Positions 60,112-64,000 of a stretch of DNA of 64,000 bases are shown here, piece by piece. The notes under the pieces are model-generated. The model had not been told where the DNA came from, searched no databases, and saw only the letters and a program-made list of their open reading frames with translations. The position numbers and the translations under genes are program-made. How positions within the stretch are numbered: position 1 is the first letter of the stretch; each line of letters starts with the position of its first letter. The DNA is from Minutocellus sp. GHC0000111 (taxonomy: Eukaryota): NCBI GenBank assembly GCA_977018835.1, contig OZ361256.1:62001-126000 (forward strand). Reading direction: 5' to 3'.

Positions 60112-61608
60112 TTACAGTTCCTTCAAATCCACCCCCCTCTCCTTCAGCATGTCCTCCAGCAACTTCGTATAATGTCGAGAATCGATCCTTGAATATAGCT
60201 TTTTTATTTGCTCACCGTTCTCCTCCAACTTATTCCACCACCGACTTTGTCTTGCATCGAAATTTACCCGATCGGTGAACCACTCTCGGAAGTAACTCGC
60301 GTATAAGATTGGCCGAGCAGTGGGCGATGTGTTCGCTCCACCTCGATGCGTTGTTCGAATATCAAATAGTAGCGCTGAACCGGCTGGGAGATCCAATGCG
60401 ACCTTCGGTGCTTTGATGTTTCCTTCACCAGTCTCTGCATCATGCCAAAAGGATCCATCGCCACCACCAATTGCCGTCGGCGGCAGGTGAGAAATTGGCA
60501 TGAACTCGGTTGGCCCATTGGAACTATCCAAATCAATGAAGGGAACAATCATGACAAGCCCATACGACGGGAGGATGTAGCTGCCCTCTGCAAGGTCGTC
60601 ATCAATCAACGGCCCCATATCAGTATGCCACTTCTGCACCGAGCTCCCTGGTTCTGATTGTATATATGAGAATGTATCAAGCTCAATATCCATTGTTTGC
60701 AAAATCTGCCGAGCCGTCTGAAGTATCATTGACGACGATGTGAGGTCTGTAAAAGGCTTTTGGAGCGGATAGACAATTTCTTGTCGCAGAGTATCACCAC
60801 GTCGCTTCACTTCCACAGTCGATAGATTGATATGTGACGTTGGCTTTTGCGTCGATGTTTGCTCATAAAAGTGATTGGCTTGAGCTCTCGCAGCCTCTTC
60901 AATCTGGGATGTTGGATACACATTGGTCAGAGCAACAAGACCGCACGCTTCAAATACCGATACGATGGCATGCAAGGTGCTGGCATGTAGCTGTTCCTTT
61001 CGAATCTCATCGTCGGTCGGTGAGATGGACATATTATCGGCTGAACACGCATCTCGAACGGCTGCCATGTATTTCTCGCCGTCGATGGCACCAGGCTTAT
61101 GAGCTGCCGAGGCCTCTCTCCGAAGCTCCATAACAGACTTTAGGGAACTGATCAAATCAGCGTGAGGACATGATGGCGGGGACTCATTAACCGACACCAA
61201 CTGGTCAAGCGCAGCCAATAGTTCATCTGAGTCGGCATTGCCAAGCCGTAACGCCAAGCTTGCCGATGCCCTGGCTTCGCAATAAGTATCATCATTCCTT
61301 TCGTAATTTGTTTGCAGTTGCCATTGAGTTGCTAATGCAACTGCGCAGTTGTTCCACAAACTAGCTTCGTGAGGATGGTACCGTGTCCCTCTTTGAAATA
61401 TTGCTACCGCAGAAGAAACATCGCCAGCTTGCAGTGCCTCGGTGCCCAAGCGAATGTACACATCGCACGATGAGGAGGGAGACGGGAAATGCTGCCGGGA
61501 GGACTTGTCGGCATTTGTTTGGGCGCGTTCGAATTCGGCACAAGATGTGCTGGAAAATGAGCAGAGCACAATAACACCCAAGATGTGTGAAAGAGAAGGC
61601 TTCATCAT
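60112..61608 (-). CDS. Secreted TPR plus phytanoyl-CoA dioxygenase (PhyH)-family 2OG-Fe(II) oxygenase
   Basis: Signal peptide, TPR-like helix pair, QKWHTD, NGPTEF and HRGGANTS...RPILY. Confidence 0.8.
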   Translation of the reverse strand: MMKPSLSHILGVIVLCSFSSTSCAEFERAQTNADKSSRQHFPSPSSSCDVYIRLGTEALQAGDVSSAVAIFQRGTRYHPHEASLWNNCAVALATQWQLQTNYERNDDTYCEARASASLALRLGNADSDELLAALDQLVSVNESPPSCPHADLISSLKSVMELRREASAAHKPGAIDGEKYMAAVRDACSADNMSISPTDDEIRKEQLHASTLHAIVSVFEACGLVALTNVYPTSQIEEAARAQANHFYEQTSTQKPTSHINLSTVEVKRRGDTLRQEIVYPLQKPFTDLTSSSMILQTARQILQTMDIELDTFSYIQSEPGSSVQKWHTDMGPLIDDDLAEGSYILPSYGLVMIVPFIDLDSSNGPTEFMPISHLPPTAIGGGDGSFWHDAETGEGNIKAPKVALDLPAGSALLFDIRTTHRGGANTSPTARPILYASYFREWFTDRVNFDARQSRWWNKLEENGEQIKKLYSRIDSRHYTKLLEDMLKERGVDLKEL

Positions 61609-61836
61609 CTGGGGGAAGTCATATGTTCATCAATCACCTATGAGTGAGTCTACAGCAGAGGATGTTGACCACATCTCTTTGGTCTGACCGTCAATACGAG
61701 ATGCCAGATACCATGAGGCGAGTGTCCGTCCGCCATATCCAGCCAGAACCAGAACCGGCGTCAGTTCAGTTGAGCAAAAGTAGGCGTGTTATTAGTATTA
61801 AGTAGTACGGGCATAAGAATCGCCCCAAAATAAATC

Positions 61837-62913
61837 ATGGCGTCGCCCAGCAGCAGCAAACGAAAGAGGCAGCAGGCCAAGGAGGAAGCCGAGCGTCAGG
61901 CCCAATTGGAGGAACTGCGTGCCGAAGAGGCGCAACATTTCGAAGATCTTAAATGGTTTGCCGAACATGCCACCGTCGTGGAATTCGATACCAACACTGG
62001 CCGTCCCATTCGCAACGAATCCTTTGGCGATCCCTCGGACCTGGATCCGATTGAAGGGTTGGTCAAGATTACTCATATTCCGTCGGATTTGCTGCAAGAT
62101 CTGACAACAATTCACGATCACATCAAGGCAGTCACCAGGGACAGGATGGTGTCCTGGTCAGGAGTCGGAGGTGAATGGGACGGACGGTTGCGAGCGTTTG
62201 GATTCCCAACGCAACATACCTTGCGTAAGTTGGATGCAAGCCATGTTCGTCTTCATGCCTTCGAAAAGACTGGAACCGAAGCCGTGGAAGATGAAGAGGC
62301 AAATAGGGCGTCGATCTGTATTCTAGATGACAAGCAAGAGAGAGCAAACGAAAAGGGCGGGGATGAGAATGGTGACATCGGTGCTGGCATATTTCTTTCC
62401 GTTGATCCGTTCAATGTCGCCAACCGAGTGTGCAACGTTATCAACCCAATTCAAGCCGGTATCCCTCTCAGTATTGCCAATGCCTCCCAGATTATTGCGT
62501 ACCAGCCGAATCTGCATAATGGCGCTCACTTCCTCAAGCCGCATATGGATCAGCCACTCCACGAGGGATTTGGGAAGATGATTGTCACAGTTGCAATTCG
62601 CGGTGGCGGAGCTACAATTGTATTGCTTGATAAAGATGAGAATGGGACTACAGAAGATGGAGACAAGTATCAGCTGAGCTGGCGGTTTCATTTGTGTCAG
62701 GGAGAGGCGTATGTATTGACCGGCCGAGCGAGGAATCTGTGCTTGCATGGAGTGATTGCGGATGACCCTTCGGGTGTGAGGGAGAGTTTGAATCTACGAT
62801 TTGGCATTCACAGTGTGGCAGAGGCAAAGGCAGCGATCTTTGATCACTGGGTCGAAGGCGAAGTTCCCATTGTAGAGGACTGTGTGCCGTATTCCTCAAT
62901 TGACATTATTTGA
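61837..62913 (+). CDS. AlkB-like 2OG-Fe(II) oxygenase
   Basis: HMD...HGV...RESLNLR matches the HxD...H...RxxxxxR pattern. Confidence 0.72.
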   Translation: MASPSSSKRKRQQAKEEAERQAQLEELRAEEAQHFEDLKWFAEHATVVEFDTNTGRPIRNESFGDPSDLDPIEGLVKITHIPSDLLQDLTTIHDHIKAVTRDRMVSWSGVGGEWDGRLRAFGFPTQHTLRKLDASHVRLHAFEKTGTEAVEDEEANRASICILDDKQERANEKGGDENGDIGAGIFLSVDPFNVANRVCNVINPIQAGIPLSIANASQIIAYQPNLHNGAHFLKPHMDQPLHEGFGKMIVTVAIRGGGATIVLLDKDENGTTEDGDKYQLSWRFHLCQGEAYVLTGRARNLCLHGVIADDPSGVRESLNLRFGIHSVAEAKAAIFDHWVEGEVPIVEDCVPYSSIDII

Positions 62914-63681
62914 TAAGGGTCATGCCCTTATGCACTTGTATTTTTAAAGCTAAGTTATGTATGTATAATATCGATTTCGGGATAAGATCAATTTTTTAAG
63001 TTGAGCAAGTTATTTCGTTATAGGAATAAGATCAAATGAATCAAGTTCTGGTATGATGCCGCTTGGTGAGTCTAGAGTTACACTTAGGTATGGTTCAACG
63101 AACGCGAAAGGTCAACAGATTTCAAGCTGAGGAAGCAACGCTGAATTTTCTTTCTGCGTGTCCTTCTCGCGAATCGATTAGCATTTGAAGGCACTTTGTG
63201 CGATCCGACAACTTTTGACTCATCGCGTTGAACTTGTGCTAGCTGATACTGACGAGTGCGATATGAGACCATTGTTTTCACGATGTCAAAGATGTGCGTG
63301 GGTGCGAACTGACTGAGAAGAGAAGAGGAATGAATTTGTTGCCGTGTTTGCCAATGTGATGGTTGCTGTGTTATGAGCGTCATTGTAAGGGTTGATGAAA
63401 CGATGTACCTTTGAGGATGCGAGATTGGACACAGCAGATCATGCACTCGGCACCCCACAATCGAATGAAGGATCCAAATTTTCCTCAGAAAGGTTCGCAG
63501 TCTTCATCAGGTTATGAGACCTCCTGGAAAAAGATTGACTCGATCGACTCGACTAAGAGACCTCGTTTTATCCACAAGCGAAGCGAAAATAAAAAATGAG
63601 CGCCGCACTCCAGCAAGCAACACGTCATCCGACCAAAGCAAACTCCGGCTCCAGCTCCAGCATATCTCATAAACAGCCAAG

Positions 63682-64000
63682 ATGAAGACCTCCGCCCTCC
63701 TCTGTGCTTTCGTTGCCTCCGCCTCGGCCTTCGCTCCTCAGCAGCAGGTCGCCGCTCGCGCCCCTGCTCTCAACGGCGTCCCTCTCGCCAATGGTAAGTT
63801 CAACATCTCAAGCTGATGATGCGAAAGATGTGCAACTGGATGATTCGATTCACTTCCTTGTAATTCCTGCTTATCAGCAAGTGCCCATAATCAACCTCTT
63901 TACTGACATTTCATCAATCGCCCATAATGTTTCCCTTCAACTCATTCAGGCGCCATGGAGTTCGACCGTGTCTGCCGTGAGTGGCGATGCAAGTACACCG
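63682..64000 (+). CDS. Plastid-targeted protein of unknown function, 3'-partial; intron 63794-63949
   Basis: MKTSALLCAFVASASAFAPQQQ... (ASAFAP motif). The GTAAGT...CAG intron joins NG|AMEFDRVCREWRCKYT. Not in the ORF track. Confidence 0.85.

Noticed and set aside
60112..62913. Adjacent 2OG-Fe(II) oxygenases as the enzymes behind the RTAY signature
   Set aside because: Proximity in a eukaryotic genome is not evidence of function. One has a signal peptide and nothing in the sequence links either to the element.

Overview
Eukaryotic nuclear DNA, most likely a diatom or other ochrophyte: short GT-AG introns, compact gene spacing and an ASAFAP plastid-targeting motif. The window holds about 16 host genes, including an amine oxidase-PHD protein, TAF2, a renalase-like oxidoreductase, bestrophin, a YkoF-like protein, an aspartic protease, a six-repeat Fea1-like protein, VPS8, DNA ligase I, a SPRY-ARM-LRR-CHAT-NTPase protein and two 2OG-Fe(II) oxygenases. 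There are also three TA-flanked Tc1/mariner-type elements, one inserted in the VPS8 coding sequence, and an 8.27-kb tyrosine-recombinase (YR) retrotransposon bounded by 189-bp direct repeats. The main observation is in the retroelement. TpA in the palindromic context RTAY appears converted to CA or TG on both strands, so conserved tyrosines (including RT YxDD and the recombinase catalytic Tyr) read His or Cys. The signal stops at the left edge and is not evident in the DNA transposons. This is the opposite direction to fungal RIP and suggests either an uncharacterised genome-defence mutator or a base modification miscalled by the sequencer. Many host-gene frameshifts fall in homopolymers and are probably assembly errors. 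All family assignments come from motif recognition and all counts are by hand; no searches were run.
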